From Candidatus Omnitrophota bacterium (GTDB lineage Bacteria; Omnitrophota; Gorgyraeia; Tantalellales; Tantalellaceae): a stretch of 64,000 nucleotides of DNA. Numbering within the stretch: the stretch's first letter is position 1; each line of letters starts with the position of its first letter. The translations under genes and the position numbers were made by a program. The notes under the pieces were generated by a model. It saw nothing but the letters and a program-made list of their open reading frames with translations. It did no database searches and was not told the DNA's origin. This document shows positions 27,999-38,980 of this stretch, piece by piece. Location: the NCBI GenBank assembly GCA_015231405.1, contig JADGBR010000013.1, positions 7,222-71,221 of the forward strand. Reading direction: 5' to 3'.

Positions 27999-29060
27999 AT
28001 GGGCAGCAGAATAAAAAGATTCGCCCTTATCGGGTGCGGCCGGATAGCTAAAAAGCACGCCGAAGTCATAAAACATCTTCAGGGGGCTTCTCTGGCCGCC
28101 GTAGCTGATATCGTTCCCGGGAAAGCGGAACATTTCGGGAAGACGTACGGCGTCAAGTGGTATACGGATTATATGAAGATGTTGGAAAGCGAGGATATCG
28201 ATATCGTGAACATCCTAACCCCGTCCGGGGCGCATATTTCGGTCGGAATGGATGTAGTAAAAAAGAAAAAGCACATTATTATCGAGAAACCCCTGTCCCT
28301 GAACGTCAAGGACGCCGATAAGATCATACACCTGGCAAGGGAGAACAACGTAAGCCTCTTTGTAGTCAAGCAGAACAGGTACAACCTTCCGGTGGTCAAG
28401 CTCAAGGAAGCGCTGGACGCCGGACGGTTCGGCAAACTGGTCTTGGGCGCCGTCAGGGTCAGGTGGTGCAGGAAACAGGATTATTACGACCTGGATCCGT
28501 GGCGAGGGACGAAGGCGATGGACGGGGGAGTGTTGACCAACCAGGCAAGCCATCACATAGATCTTTTACAGTGGTTATTGGGACCGGTCGACAGCGTTAT
28601 CGCTAAAACGGCTACGATGCTCGCCCGGATCGAAACGGAAGATACGGGGGTGGTGATCGTAAAGTTCAGGAATGGAGCCTTGGGAGTGATCGAGGCGACA
28701 ACCTGCGCTAGGCCGGTAGACCTGGAAGGGTCGATAAGTGTTCTCGGTGAAAAAGGTTCAGTGGAGATCGGAGGGTTCGCCGTGAACGAGATGAAAACAT
28801 GGATATTCGATAAATTCATCCCCGGAGACGACGATATGGGGAAATATTCACAGAACCCGCCCAATGTTTACGGGTTCGGGCATTACAGGTTCATGGAGGA
28901 AGCCCTCGAGTGTATCAATACCGGCAGAAAATTTTTGGTCGACGGGATAGAGGGGAAGAAAAGCGTCGAGCTTATCAACGCTATTTACAAGTCGGCCGAG
29001 ACGGGGAAAGAAGTTTTTATTGGAAAGAAAGGACATTTTATGGAAGAGGAGATCTGTTAA
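27999..29060 (+). CDS. wbpB: Gfo/Idh/MocA oxidoreductase, WbpB/WlbA-like
   Basis: IGCGRIA, IEKP, VKQNRYN, RW.R.QDYY...WRGT..MDGGVLTNQASHHIDL, NVYGFGH. Confidence 0.8.
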   Translation: MGSRIKRFALIGCGRIAKKHAEVIKHLQGASLAAVADIVPGKAEHFGKTYGVKWYTDYMKMLESEDIDIVNILTPSGAHISVGMDVVKKKKHIIIEKPLSLNVKDADKIIHLARENNVSLFVVKQNRYNLPVVKLKEALDAGRFGKLVLGAVRVRWCRKQDYYDLDPWRGTKAMDGGVLTNQASHHIDLLQWLLGPVDSVIAKTATMLARIETEDTGVVIVKFRNGALGVIEATTCARPVDLEGSISVLGEKGSVEIGGFAVNEMKTWIFDKFIPGDDDMGKYSQNPPNVYGFGHYRFMEEALECINTGRKFLVDGIEGKKSVELINAIYKSAETGKEVFIGKKGHFMEEEIC

Positions 29061-29061
29061 G

Positions 29062-30438
29062 GTGAAAGAACATCCGACGCATAAAGTGCTGCTCTCGGCT
29101 CGCGGCTTCCTCGCGACCAATTCCAGCGAGGATCTGGTGATGTGCATATACCGGTTCGCGAGGGCCAGGATCAGCGGCGAATACCGGGTAGTTGTAGAAG
29201 AAGAAAGGCTGGAACGGTTCGCGCGGTTCATTACAGGCCTTGACGATGTTAAATATGCCGCATCAGGCGGGATAGAGGCGATGCTGAAAAAAGATAAGTT
29301 CGATACGGTAATATCGGCCGTTCCCGTGACACTCAGGCAAGCTCTTATCAATTGTTCGGTTTTTATCGCGAAGGGTAAAGCGCGGTTCTTAAGGGCCGAT
29401 CTTGAAAAACGGCTCATAAGCGAAACGGGTTTCGCGGATATAGTGAGGGACATCGCGAAGAACATGTTCTCACGCCCGGCGCTGAATTCGGTGCTTGCCG
29501 CTCTGTCCCGCCGTCTGAGGCTCGAGAAACCTTTGGGCACGCCTCGGTCGTTGATCATCGAAACCGTGAACATGTGCAACCTTAAGTGCCCGTTGTGCCC
29601 TACCGGTACCGGGTCGCTTGGAAGGACCGGAGCTCGGATGGAGCTCTCTGTATTCAAAAAACTCGTTGATTCCAATCTCGGGGTTTTTTTGAATACAGAG
29701 AGCATTTACATGGATTTTTACGGCGACCCCCTGATGAACAGGGATATTTTCGGCATGATAAAATATCTTAAGGATAAAGGCGCCGGGCACGTCGAAATAA
29801 GTACTAACGCCAGTTTCCCGTTGGACGAGCGGAAGGCGCGGGAGATCGTTATGTCAGGTGTGGACCTGATCCTTTTCGCCGTTGACGGGGCCGACCAGGA
29901 AACGTACTCCAGATACAGGAAAGGAGGGGATCTTTCCGCCGTAAAGGAGTTCATCAAAGGTCTGGTCCGGATGAAAAAAATCCTTGGCGCGGTCAAACCG
30001 TATCTTGTCCTGCAGTTCATACTCATGAAACATAACGCGCATCAGCTGCAGGCGGCCAAAGAGATGGCCGTTGTGCTTGGGGCCGACAGTTTCAAAATAA
30101 AATTTCTTGACGTTTTCCGTTCAGACGGAGGCGATGTCGAAGAGTTCATACCCGACGATCCAGGGAGCGCGCAGTACGTTAAAAAGGCGGATGGGTACGA
30201 ACACAAGAGATCCACAGGGAACAATACGTGCGGGTTGCTATGGTCTTCGGCGGTTATCATGGTCGACGGCTCGGTCGTCCCGTGCTGTACCGACGCCAGA
30301 GGCAGGGTGGTATTGGGCAACGTTTTCAAGCGCGGTATCGAACATATCTGGAAAGGGGAAAAGTACAGGGATCTCAGGCGCGAGATCCACAGGGATAAAA
30401 AAGCGATACCGCTTTGCCGGGATTGCCCGAGCCAATGA
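29062..30438 (+). CDS. Radical SAM/SPASM domain protein with N-terminal extension
   Basis: CNLKCPLC; SPASM CGLLW...DGSVVPCC...LCRDC; start uncertain (ORF open from 29020). Confidence 0.88.
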   Translation: MKEHPTHKVLLSARGFLATNSSEDLVMCIYRFARARISGEYRVVVEEERLERFARFITGLDDVKYAASGGIEAMLKKDKFDTVISAVPVTLRQALINCSVFIAKGKARFLRADLEKRLISETGFADIVRDIAKNMFSRPALNSVLAALSRRLRLEKPLGTPRSLIIETVNMCNLKCPLCPTGTGSLGRTGARMELSVFKKLVDSNLGVFLNTESIYMDFYGDPLMNRDIFGMIKYLKDKGAGHVEISTNASFPLDERKAREIVMSGVDLILFAVDGADQETYSRYRKGGDLSAVKEFIKGLVRMKKILGAVKPYLVLQFILMKHNAHQLQAAKEMAVVLGADSFKIKFLDVFRSDGGDVEEFIPDDPGSAQYVKKADGYEHKRSTGNNTCGLLWSSAVIMVDGSVVPCCTDARGRVVLGNVFKRGIEHIWKGEKYRDLRREIHRDKKAIPLCRDCPSQ

Positions 30439-31187
30439 TTATGGAACTACTGAAAAAAATATTATCCAGGATAAACCCTTTTGGCTTGTATGAAACATAT
30501 CGGGGCGAAAGGTATAAGGAGATGGCCGCTACGGACCCCAAGGGCCCTGAATGGCTGTACAGGGCGTTCTTTCCAGGGGATATCATCCCGGGCCGGGAGG
30601 CGCATATCCTGGATATCGGGTGCGCCGGGGGTCGAATCACCGCTTTTTTCGCCCAGGACCGGCCGAATGTCATAGGAATGGACCTGAAACCGGACGTTGG
30701 GTGGAAAAGGGCGGCTAAAGCGCGTTTTATCCTGGCCGATTCCGAAGCAATACCGTTCGGGAACTGCACTTTTGACATATGTTCCTTGATACAGGTATTG
30801 GAGTATGTGGACGGCGACAGGGCGGCGCTCTCCGAAATTTACAGGGTACTTAAACCCGGCGGCAGGCTGGTGCTGCAAGCCGCAAACAGGGACGGCATAT
30901 ATTCGCTCATCACGGGAAAAAAGATAGATGCAAGGCACAGGCATTGGTACACAAGAGACGGTATAACCACGATACTTATTGAGGCGGGGTTCAGGGTGCT
31001 GTCGGTCAAAGGGTTCGGCGCGAGGATACCGGTCATCTCGAGGCTTATCTTCATGGCGAGGCCGTACCCTTATCCCGAACTTTATCCTGACCTTTTTCTC
31101 TCGAAGCTGGTCCCGGAGAAGAACAGGCCGTTCTTCAATATTGTCTGCGAAAAATTGTCCGGTACGCGTTCCGGGAGGCAGGCATGA
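30435..31187 (+). CDS. Class I SAM-dependent methyltransferase
   Basis: ILDIGCAGG, IPF...FD, RVLKPGG. Confidence 0.88.
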   Translation: MIMELLKKILSRINPFGLYETYRGERYKEMAATDPKGPEWLYRAFFPGDIIPGREAHILDIGCAGGRITAFFAQDRPNVIGMDLKPDVGWKRAAKARFILADSEAIPFGNCTFDICSLIQVLEYVDGDRAALSEIYRVLKPGGRLVLQAANRDGIYSLITGKKIDARHRHWYTRDGITTILIEAGFRVLSVKGFGARIPVISRLIFMARPYPYPELYPDLFLSKLVPEKNRPFFNIVCEKLSGTRSGRQA

Positions 31188-32179
31188 ACGACATGAGAGG
31201 GATGATCTGCCTCGATTGCGGAGGTGCGCTGCAACCCGGCGGGAAGGACAGCGGGGTCATATGCGCTTCATGCGGCAAAAATTATCAAGTCCGGGAAGGG
31301 ATCCCGTTCATCCCGGGAAAGAAAGATCTTTCGGGATATGATACCGGGATCGCCGGCGAGAATGCCCGCATCTATGATTCGTTGGCCGACCTCGGAACTC
31401 AGGTAAAAGGCGTCAACCTGCTTTTATCGGAATACTATACCGACAGGATCAGGGATATACATATCGAACTTCTATCGCCGTCGCTTTCACCTTCGGCGAA
31501 AGTGCTGGAGGCCGGATGCGGGCTGGGAAAGATTTCCAGGGCGCTCACCGGCATCACGGCCGGGTACCACGGGTTCGACATCTCTTACGCCAGCGTGAAA
31601 AAAGCCAGGGACATATGCATGCCGGGAAACTCCAGGTTCTTTGTTGGCAATGTCCTGGCGATACCGTTCCCCGAGGGGTATTTCGACGCCGTGGTCAGCT
31701 CCGAGATGCTGGAGCATGTCCCCGCCGATAAAGCGGCCATCGCCGAGATGAAAAGGGTGCTGAAGCCGAAAGGCCTTTTGAGCGTTTCCGTGCCGAATTC
31801 CATGATGGCTTTTTATCCGCTGGAATTCTTTTCCATGGTTAGGCATTACGGCCTTAAAAAATTCCGAAACCTTATCAGAAGGGAACTTGACTGGGCCGCG
31901 GACGAGGCATATGACAGGCCTTATATGCCGGGGCAGTTCAGAAAGCTATTCACCGAAGAGGGCTTGTCGATAGCGGCTCACAGGACGGCGCTGTGTTATC
32001 TGTGGCGAAGGCCTTATTCCGACGTTATCGAATGGCTTGAAAAAAAGAAGTGGTTCGACCCCGCGGGGTTCGTCGAAAGGTATTTTCGAGTTGACTCTTT
32101 CATGACAGGAAACAGGCTGCCGGTTTTGGGAATGATGGGGACCAGACAGTTCATACTCGCTCGTAAGGATAGATCATGA
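31184..32179 (+). CDS. SAM-dependent methyltransferase with Trm112-like N-terminal Zn ribbon
   Basis: CLDCGG...CASCGKNY..REGIP; VLEAGCGLG; SEMLEHV; RVLKPKG. Confidence 0.88.
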   Translation: MNDMRGMICLDCGGALQPGGKDSGVICASCGKNYQVREGIPFIPGKKDLSGYDTGIAGENARIYDSLADLGTQVKGVNLLLSEYYTDRIRDIHIELLSPSLSPSAKVLEAGCGLGKISRALTGITAGYHGFDISYASVKKARDICMPGNSRFFVGNVLAIPFPEGYFDAVVSSEMLEHVPADKAAIAEMKRVLKPKGLLSVSVPNSMMAFYPLEFFSMVRHYGLKKFRNLIRRELDWAADEAYDRPYMPGQFRKLFTEEGLSIAAHRTALCYLWRRPYSDVIEWLEKKKWFDPAGFVERYFRVDSFMTGNRLPVLGMMGTRQFILARKDRS

Positions 32180-34143
32180 GGCTGACGGTTAAATCGGCAG
32201 CGCTGGCTTCATTCGCGGCCGTATCCTCCGCCGGGGGATATTTCCTGGTTACCGGCAAATACGGGGCCGGGGGCATATTGTTCATTGCCGGGGTATATTT
32301 TTTCTTTCTCTGCTTTCCGTTGTCCATACGGATGCAACAGGATAAGGGCAGCGGGAAGGCATTATTCAGGGACGCCGATTCGGATTATCTGGTTGTGGTC
32401 GATCCCGAGAAAATAGCCGCGGACGCCGCGCTCAACGATTTTTCGGGGAATGACTGGAGTTATGCCTGGTGCAACACCCTCATGCAGGAAACGGGATGGT
32501 TTGCGGTATGCCGCGCAAAAGAGGTCTCGAGGTGTATCCCGAAGAGGAGAGCTATCATCGTGACGAAAAGCGCCGCCGGGACAATGCCGGGCGGAACCGA
32601 ACAGGAACTGTCGGATTTCGTGTCGTCCGGAGGTGTTCTGGTCCTGGAAGACCCGGATAATTCGTGGCGCGGTCTGACAGGCTTGACTTTGGGCGACGGT
32701 AAGGTAAGCCCCACTCGGGTATCGTATGTGGACGGCGATATCGCGGCAAAACCATACGATGAAATTATAATGGGGTTACCGCTTAACACGGACATGAGAA
32801 CCGTTTCCTGCGTCGAAGGGGATACGCGCGTTGTCATGAAAATGGACGATATCCCGGCGGTTTGCCTGAGGGAATACGGGAAAGGCGGGGTAGTGACCGT
32901 CAATTTCAATTACGGCCTTGAGCTGGTGTCGCTTCAGCAGGGTATCCCGTCCACTTCCGATTACGCGGTCAAAGGCAAGATCGGGCAGCCGCAGGACATG
33001 ATTTCGTTTGAAAAGATGATCGATAATAGTGTACCATATGCGGATATCCTCGAACGGATAATCGCCGGGGCGGTCAACAAGCTTTCCCCCATACCGTCCT
33101 GGTGGTATTTTCCAGCGGAATACAAAGGGGTGAACCTTGTCACGCATGACTGCGAAATGATGGGCGACGACCTGATCGATACGGCGCTCACCGAAGATCG
33201 GATGGGGGTAAAAAGCACATTTTTCATTATCTGGAACAGTCCCGTCGGCCTTGAGACACTGTCCCGGATAGGCAGGCTCGGGACGGATATAGAATTGCAC
33301 TGGGACAGGGCGTATTTACGCAGGCTTGGGGTCAATGTCCTGGGTTTCATGAAAAAAGCCCCGGGTAATATCAAACAATGGTTTTATCGTCTCGGCGACA
33401 GGTGCCGCGCGGTACCGGCGGCGTCCGAGGTCGGGTTGTCTGAGCAAAAAGGGTCTCTCCGGGATAAATGCGGAACGGATATATCCCTTAACAGGCTCCA
33501 TGGACTTCGCTGGGGGAGGCACTATACGGAACCTTTTGGGATAATGGAAAGGGCGGGTATAACCGCGGATTCAAGTTTCGGTCCGAACGACAACGCCAAG
33601 GGATATCTTTTCGGGACGGCTCTCCCGTTCCATCCCATAGACGTGAACGGGTACCCTTTCGAGATACTTGAACTCCCGTTCCAGACGCTTGAAGCCCGCA
33701 GGGGCGCCGATATAGGGTTCATACGCAAGCTTTTCGAGGAAAGCGGGGACCTGTATAATCAGGCTATAGTGACCAATTACCATCCGGACAGGAGTTTCAA
33801 AGGGAGCGATATAGAACGGCAGTGGAAAGAGACATTTGAGGAAGCCGCGAGGAACGGGCATTGGACGACAACGATGAAAGAATATATCGGATTTTTTTCA
33901 GGGCGTTCCTCGAGCCCGATATGTTCCGGGCTGAAAGGCGGAAAGATCGATATTCAGGCGGAATCCCGGGTGCCCGGGATGTGCCTCAGGTTCCCCGCAG
34001 ATATCCTCGAGGAAGGGTCGGGGATCTTTTTAGACGGCGCTGAGGTAAAGCCTGTCTTTGCCCGCGACCTCGGGATAAGGACGGTCCTCGTCGGCATACC
34101 CGAAGGCAGGCACCGCGTAGAACTGACGATAAAGGCAAGATGA
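32176..34143 (+). CDS. Membrane-anchored protein with polysaccharide deacetylase-like domain
   Basis: N-terminal TMs; VTHDCE, STFF, IELH, RLHGLRW, DSS, GTALPF, NYHP motifs. Confidence 0.7.
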   Translation: MRLTVKSAALASFAAVSSAGGYFLVTGKYGAGGILFIAGVYFFFLCFPLSIRMQQDKGSGKALFRDADSDYLVVVDPEKIAADAALNDFSGNDWSYAWCNTLMQETGWFAVCRAKEVSRCIPKRRAIIVTKSAAGTMPGGTEQELSDFVSSGGVLVLEDPDNSWRGLTGLTLGDGKVSPTRVSYVDGDIAAKPYDEIIMGLPLNTDMRTVSCVEGDTRVVMKMDDIPAVCLREYGKGGVVTVNFNYGLELVSLQQGIPSTSDYAVKGKIGQPQDMISFEKMIDNSVPYADILERIIAGAVNKLSPIPSWWYFPAEYKGVNLVTHDCEMMGDDLIDTALTEDRMGVKSTFFIIWNSPVGLETLSRIGRLGTDIELHWDRAYLRRLGVNVLGFMKKAPGNIKQWFYRLGDRCRAVPAASEVGLSEQKGSLRDKCGTDISLNRLHGLRWGRHYTEPFGIMERAGITADSSFGPNDNAKGYLFGTALPFHPIDVNGYPFEILELPFQTLEARRGADIGFIRKLFEESGDLYNQAIVTNYHPDRSFKGSDIERQWKETFEEAARNGHWTTTMKEYIGFFSGRSSSPICSGLKGGKIDIQAESRVPGMCLRFPADILEEGSGIFLDGAEVKPVFARDLGIRTVLVGIPEGRHRVELTIKAR

Positions 34144-35630
34144 TAAAGGACGTAAAAGATTTTTTCTGCAATTACATGTTCCAGATCGCCGGGTTCGCCG
34201 CGCGGGTGATCATCGGCGCGGCCACGTTATGGCTCCTGACGAATGTTCTGGGCCCCGGTGGATACGGAACTTATACCGTTTTCCTTATGGTCGTTTCGGT
34301 CGGGCTCGCTTTCACGTCTAACTTTACTCACGCCGCGGTAGATATTACCGGCAGGGACGAATATATACGGGCGGGGCATATACGCGGGACATTCTGGGCG
34401 GAATCCGCGCTTTTAGGGGTACTTCTCACCGGGATATGCATAGCGGGGTATTTTTACAGGGATGTTCTATCCGGGTACATAGGTATCGTGCCTGGCATGT
34501 GCGGTCTGGTCCTTTTGTACCTTATCGTTTCGGCGCTTGCCCAGTTCCTTCAGGATTGTTTCCAGATAACGAGCAGGATGAGGAAATTCGCGCTCGTGCC
34601 TCTTTCCGTGCCGGCGGTCTTTGCGGCGCTCCTGGCATGGTCATATCTTTCGGGACGGGGATTGAACGTGGAACTGGCGATAACTTTCGGGGTGATAGCG
34701 GCGGTGGCAGGGATGGCCGCCGGGCTCCTGTTCCTTGACAAGGAACTGATATGGCCGGCTGTTTTCGATCCCGGGAAGGCGGGGGAGCTGATCCTTTTAT
34801 CCCTGCCGTTCGTTTTTTCCGGGGTGGCGGGCTATGTGTTTGATTGGGTGGACCTTGTGGTGATAAAACGGTTCCTGACAAGCGCGGATGTCGGTATATA
34901 CGCCCTCGCTTACCAGATGACGGCTTTCCTGATAATTTTCACTAGGCTCACCACGAACCTCAATGTTTCGATAATAACGAACTGGAAGATACAAGGCAGG
35001 GACGATCTCGTCAGGTTCTTTGTGGAAAGGACGGTGCCGCAGGTAACGTTCGTTTTTTCGCTTGTTCTGGTCGTGTGCATGACGCTGGCGGGTGCCATCT
35101 TTAAGATATTCAGGCCGGAGTATTTGCCGGGCGTTCCGGTATTCGTTATCCTTATTTCCAGCGTATGCTTCAGGAACCTGCACGCGTTACAGGCTCCGGT
35201 GCTGACCGCGTACAGGATAATAGTACCGTGCTCGGTGGTGAGCGTTTTAGCGGTCCTCGTCAATTTCGCAGCGGATATGGCGATGGTCCCGGTGATCGGA
35301 ATAATCGGTCCGGCCATAGCGACGTTCCTGGCGGTGCTTTTTTCCGCCCTTTTCCAGACATTGTTCATAGACCGTCGTTTGGGGACGAATTCGGCGTCGC
35401 ATTACTTATGTTCGGCCCCGGCGCTGGCCGCTTTGCCGGTATGCTTTTTCCCGGGCATTCCCCAGGCTGTCAGGCTTGTTCTGGGGGCGCTGATAATAGT
35501 TATATCCGTTATGGCCGCGAGGCGGGCCGCTCTTCTGAAGAGTTCAGATATGGAACTGTATAATTCTATGGACCTCCCCGGGTTCATATCCTCGGGGTTG
35601 GGTAAGATAAGCAGGGTGTTGATAGCATGA
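34140..35630 (+). CDS. wzx: Oligosaccharide flippase (Wzx/MOP family)
   Basis: About 14 TMs, LGPGGYG, D..VIKRFL...DVGIYALAY. Confidence 0.85.
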   Translation: MIKDVKDFFCNYMFQIAGFAARVIIGAATLWLLTNVLGPGGYGTYTVFLMVVSVGLAFTSNFTHAAVDITGRDEYIRAGHIRGTFWAESALLGVLLTGICIAGYFYRDVLSGYIGIVPGMCGLVLLYLIVSALAQFLQDCFQITSRMRKFALVPLSVPAVFAALLAWSYLSGRGLNVELAITFGVIAAVAGMAAGLLFLDKELIWPAVFDPGKAGELILLSLPFVFSGVAGYVFDWVDLVVIKRFLTSADVGIYALAYQMTAFLIIFTRLTTNLNVSIITNWKIQGRDDLVRFFVERTVPQVTFVFSLVLVVCMTLAGAIFKIFRPEYLPGVPVFVILISSVCFRNLHALQAPVLTAYRIIVPCSVVSVLAVLVNFAADMAMVPVIGIIGPAIATFLAVLFSALFQTLFIDRRLGTNSASHYLCSAPALAALPVCFFPGIPQAVRLVLGALIIVISVMAARRAALLKSSDMELYNSMDLPGFISSGLGKISRVLIA

Positions 35631-37198
35631 TCACTAAAAGGTCCGGCAGGAAAAAAGTCATTCTCGTAAAACCACATTACGCGCATAAATGGGATTACAG
35701 GGACAGGGACCCTGACGTCCAGGTTCCCACGGGGCTCCTGTACGTCGGAACGACGCTTAAGGCCAACGGGTACGATGTGAAGATAATCGACGCTACGGCA
35801 GATAAAGACTATAAGCGGACGGCGGTCGCAAATCTCGACGGCGCGGTCTATGTGGGTATAACCGCGATGACCGCGCAGCTTGCATCGGCTATAGATATCG
35901 CCGGCGAGATAAGGAAAGCGGATCCCGAAGTCCCTCTGGTGTGGGGCGGTAACCACCCGTCGCTTTATCCCGAACAGACATGCCTCGACGAACTCTGCGA
36001 CATAGCGGTAATTGGCGAGGGGGACATGACAGCCGTCGAGCTGGCGGGCGCTTTAGAGGCTGACGGGGATCCCCGGGGCGTGAAAGGGATCTGTTTCCGG
36101 AGGGGAGGGGAAGTGGTCACTACCGGCGGGAGGGGGCTGGTGGATGTCGAAGCCCTTCCGGAACCGGATTACGGCCTTCTCGGCGATGTCGAGAAATACA
36201 TATGGGGGTATTTCCCGGCGTACAGCGATAAACCTTACAGGTTCCTGCCGGTACACGCCGGCAGGGGATGTTTTTACAGATGCAGTTTCTGCATGGAGAA
36301 CGTCGAGAAAAAACACAGGTCCCGGACCGCGAGGCAGATAGCCGATCAGATAAAACGTCTAATGGAGAAATACCGGATAGAGGCCATAACTACGATAGAC
36401 TCCGATTTCTACGCGGACAAAAAACGGGTCAAGGAATTCGTCGACATCGTAATTAACGAGCGTATCGGGATCAAGTGGATGGGGAACTCGCGCGCTAATT
36501 ATTTCAGGGATGATTATATCGACCGGGAATTCGCCGAAAAACTAGAGATCTCGGGCTGTTTCAGGGCCGGACTGGGTGTCGAGACGGGGTCGACAAGGAT
36601 CCTGGAGTATATCCGTAAGGACATAACCCATGATCAGGTCAGGCGTGCGGTAGATGTCCTGAACACCACGGGAATAATCGTCGCCTGTTCGTTCATGATA
36701 GGGATCCCGGGTGAGACCAAGGATGATATGGTTGCGACTTTCAGGTTCATACGCGAACTCTACAAGAAGGCAAAAAAGATCTATATCATCGGCCCGGCCG
36801 AATACAGGCCTTATCCGGGATGCGACCTTTTCGAGGAAGCGACAAAACAGGGGCTTCTTGTTCCGGACAGCCTCAGGGGATGGGGCGAAGCCATGAATTC
36901 GTTCTGGGGCTATCTCGGTTCCGAGAGGTTCCCGTGGGTGGAAGACCACAGGTTCATCAAGTATGCGACAACGGTGATCCCGTTCCTCTACACCACAAAT
37001 TGTGTGCCTAAGCGCCGGGCCGTATGGCCGCTGTATCTCATTGTCCGAGCCATCGTAGAGGTCCGGGTCAGGTTCGACCTCTGGGGCATACTTTTTGAGG
37101 ACAGGCTGATACTGAAAGCGGCCTCTATCTGGCAGGCGGCGAAGCCTGTTCCCGGTAAGATAAAGGAGATCATATGGAAGAGACCTTTTTGTCGATAG
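35627..37198 (+). CDS. B12-binding radical SAM protein (class B methyltransferase-like)
   Basis: PTGLLYV, VWGGNHPS, GEGD, GRGCFYRCSFC, GVETGS, FMIGIPGET. Confidence 0.92.
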   Translation: MITKRSGRKKVILVKPHYAHKWDYRDRDPDVQVPTGLLYVGTTLKANGYDVKIIDATADKDYKRTAVANLDGAVYVGITAMTAQLASAIDIAGEIRKADPEVPLVWGGNHPSLYPEQTCLDELCDIAVIGEGDMTAVELAGALEADGDPRGVKGICFRRGGEVVTTGGRGLVDVEALPEPDYGLLGDVEKYIWGYFPAYSDKPYRFLPVHAGRGCFYRCSFCMENVEKKHRSRTARQIADQIKRLMEKYRIEAITTIDSDFYADKKRVKEFVDIVINERIGIKWMGNSRANYFRDDYIDREFAEKLEISGCFRAGLGVETGSTRILEYIRKDITHDQVRRAVDVLNTTGIIVACSFMIGIPGETKDDMVATFRFIRELYKKAKKIYIIGPAEYRPYPGCDLFEEATKQGLLVPDSLRGWGEAMNSFWGYLGSERFPWVEDHRFIKYATTVIPFLYTTNCVPKRRAVWPLYLIVRAIVEVRVRFDLWGILFEDRLILKAASIWQAAKPVPGKIKEIIWKRPFCR

Positions 37199-37905
37199 TG
37201 ATACCGGCGTACAACGAGTCTCACAGGATAGCAAAAAGCCTGGAGGAGATAATCGAATACCTCGAAAAGAAGATATTCTCCAGCGAGATAATAGTCGTTG
37301 ACGACGGCAGTACCGACGATACCGTGAGGATCGTAGAGGAAAAGTTCCGGGGGAACAACGTGAGGGTCATCCGGAACGGACGGAACCGAGGCAAAGGCTA
37401 TACTGTGAGGAACGGGATGCTGGCGGCAAAGGGTAAGTATATACTCTTCGCGGACGCGGATAACGCCACCCCCATAAATGAGCTTAACAGGCTTCTCCGG
37501 GAGCTTGAAGAGGAAGACATCGATTTCGTCTATGGCATAAGGCTTATACGCCGCGAAGGCGGGTTCTTGAAGAACCTGATCCGGAAATTTATCGGCAGAG
37601 GTTTTCTGTTCCTTGCGCATGCGATAGTTCTCAGGGAGTTCGTTTATGACACGCAGTGCGGGTTCAAATGTTTCAGGCGGGAAGCCGCCCGGAAAATATT
37701 CGAAAGGGCTCTCATAGAAAGCGGGGTGTTCGACGTGGAGATATTCTTTCTGGCCGAGAAACTCGCTCTAAAAGGGACGCCTGTCCCGGTGCACTGGAGG
37801 CATATGCCGGGATCAACAATAAACATCTACAAATGTATTATCGGCGACCCGTTCTCCATGATGCGGATCAAAATGAACGATATGACGGGGAAATATGAAA
37901 GGTAA
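37174..37905 (+). CDS. Polyprenol-phosphate glycosyltransferase (GT2, DPG-synthase-like)
   Basis: SIVIPAYNE, VDDGSTD, NRGKG, FADAD, DTQCGFK, FDVE. Confidence 0.9.
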   Translation: MEETFLSIVIPAYNESHRIAKSLEEIIEYLEKKIFSSEIIVVDDGSTDDTVRIVEEKFRGNNVRVIRNGRNRGKGYTVRNGMLAAKGKYILFADADNATPINELNRLLRELEEEDIDFVYGIRLIRREGGFLKNLIRKFIGRGFLFLAHAIVLREFVYDTQCGFKCFRREAARKIFERALIESGVFDVEIFFLAEKLALKGTPVPVHWRHMPGSTINIYKCIIGDPFSMMRIKMNDMTGKYER

Positions 37906-38980
37906 AGTTTATTCGATAGGCATGATAGGGTGCGGCGTTCACGCTCGCACGCGGCTTTTACCGGCGCTTAAATATTGCCGTAAAGCCAGGATCGCGGCCC
38001 TTGCCGACCCGGCGAGGGACCTTTCGGCAGAAAGGGCTGTCTGGGGCGGTCCGAAGACATACTCGGATCACAGGGCTATGCTCGATGACAGGTCTATTTC
38101 GCTGGACGCGGTGATCGTAGCCACTCCTCCGGATTCGCACAGGGAGATAGCGACCTTCTGCATGGGGAAAGGCAAACATGTCCTTCTAGAGAAACCTGTG
38201 GCGCTTACGCTCCGGGACGCGCGGGCGCTGGTCGAGGCCAGGGACCGTACGGGGGTAAAGGTGATGGTGGGCCACCAGAGAAGGTTCAGCCCCATGGATA
38301 ACAGCGTCAGGGACCTTTACGGGAAAGGGCTGATAGGCAAGACCGTCGCGATAAACGCGGTACATGAGTTCTCTTCGGATTCAAGAGGGGCGGCGACGGG
38401 ATACCTGAAAAAGAGGGAGCTCTCCGGAGGCGTGATCATGGAATATGCCTGCCACGACATCGATTTCTTCAGGTATCTTCTCGGGGCCGAGGCGGTCGAG
38501 GTGTACGCGAGGGTGAGCTCGACGCATGCGGACGACGACACCGCGGCCCTGGTCGTTACCTTTTCGAACGGGGTCATAGCGAATCTGACGCTTTCGAGCT
38601 GTACGGTGGACGAGGAACATCTCGAGATCTTCGGGACCGAAGGAATAATAAGGAGCGACAGGTACAGGACCGTAAAGGCGGAAATAGACCTTATTAAAGG
38701 GCTTAAGGACAGGAAAATGCGCGCGTTAAAGACTTTCGCGAGGGGTTTCAAAAGCCTTATGCTCTTGAAATACGCCTTCAAGCGGAATATCCTGGCCGCG
38801 TATATTTCCGAGATAGGCCATTTTATCGATTCGATCGAGGAAGGGAAAGACCCGGTCCCCGGGCTCGAGGACGGCATAAAGGCCATGGAAGCGGCTGACG
38901 CGGCGATAAGGTCCGGAATATCGGGAAAACCCGTCAGGGTATGCGGACCGGAAGAGTGTAAGGGGGGGGCGAATGACTGA
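37895..38980 (+). CDS. Gfo/Idh/MocA oxidoreductase
   Basis: IGCGVHA, HVLLEKP, GHQRRF, GGVIMEYACHDID. Confidence 0.9.
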   Translation: MKGKVYSIGMIGCGVHARTRLLPALKYCRKARIAALADPARDLSAERAVWGGPKTYSDHRAMLDDRSISLDAVIVATPPDSHREIATFCMGKGKHVLLEKPVALTLRDARALVEARDRTGVKVMVGHQRRFSPMDNSVRDLYGKGLIGKTVAINAVHEFSSDSRGAATGYLKKRELSGGVIMEYACHDIDFFRYLLGAEAVEVYARVSSTHADDDTAALVVTFSNGVIANLTLSSCTVDEEHLEIFGTEGIIRSDRYRTVKAEIDLIKGLKDRKMRALKTFARGFKSLMLLKYAFKRNILAAYISEIGHFIDSIEEGKDPVPGLEDGIKAMEAADAAIRSGISGKPVRVCGPEECKGGAND

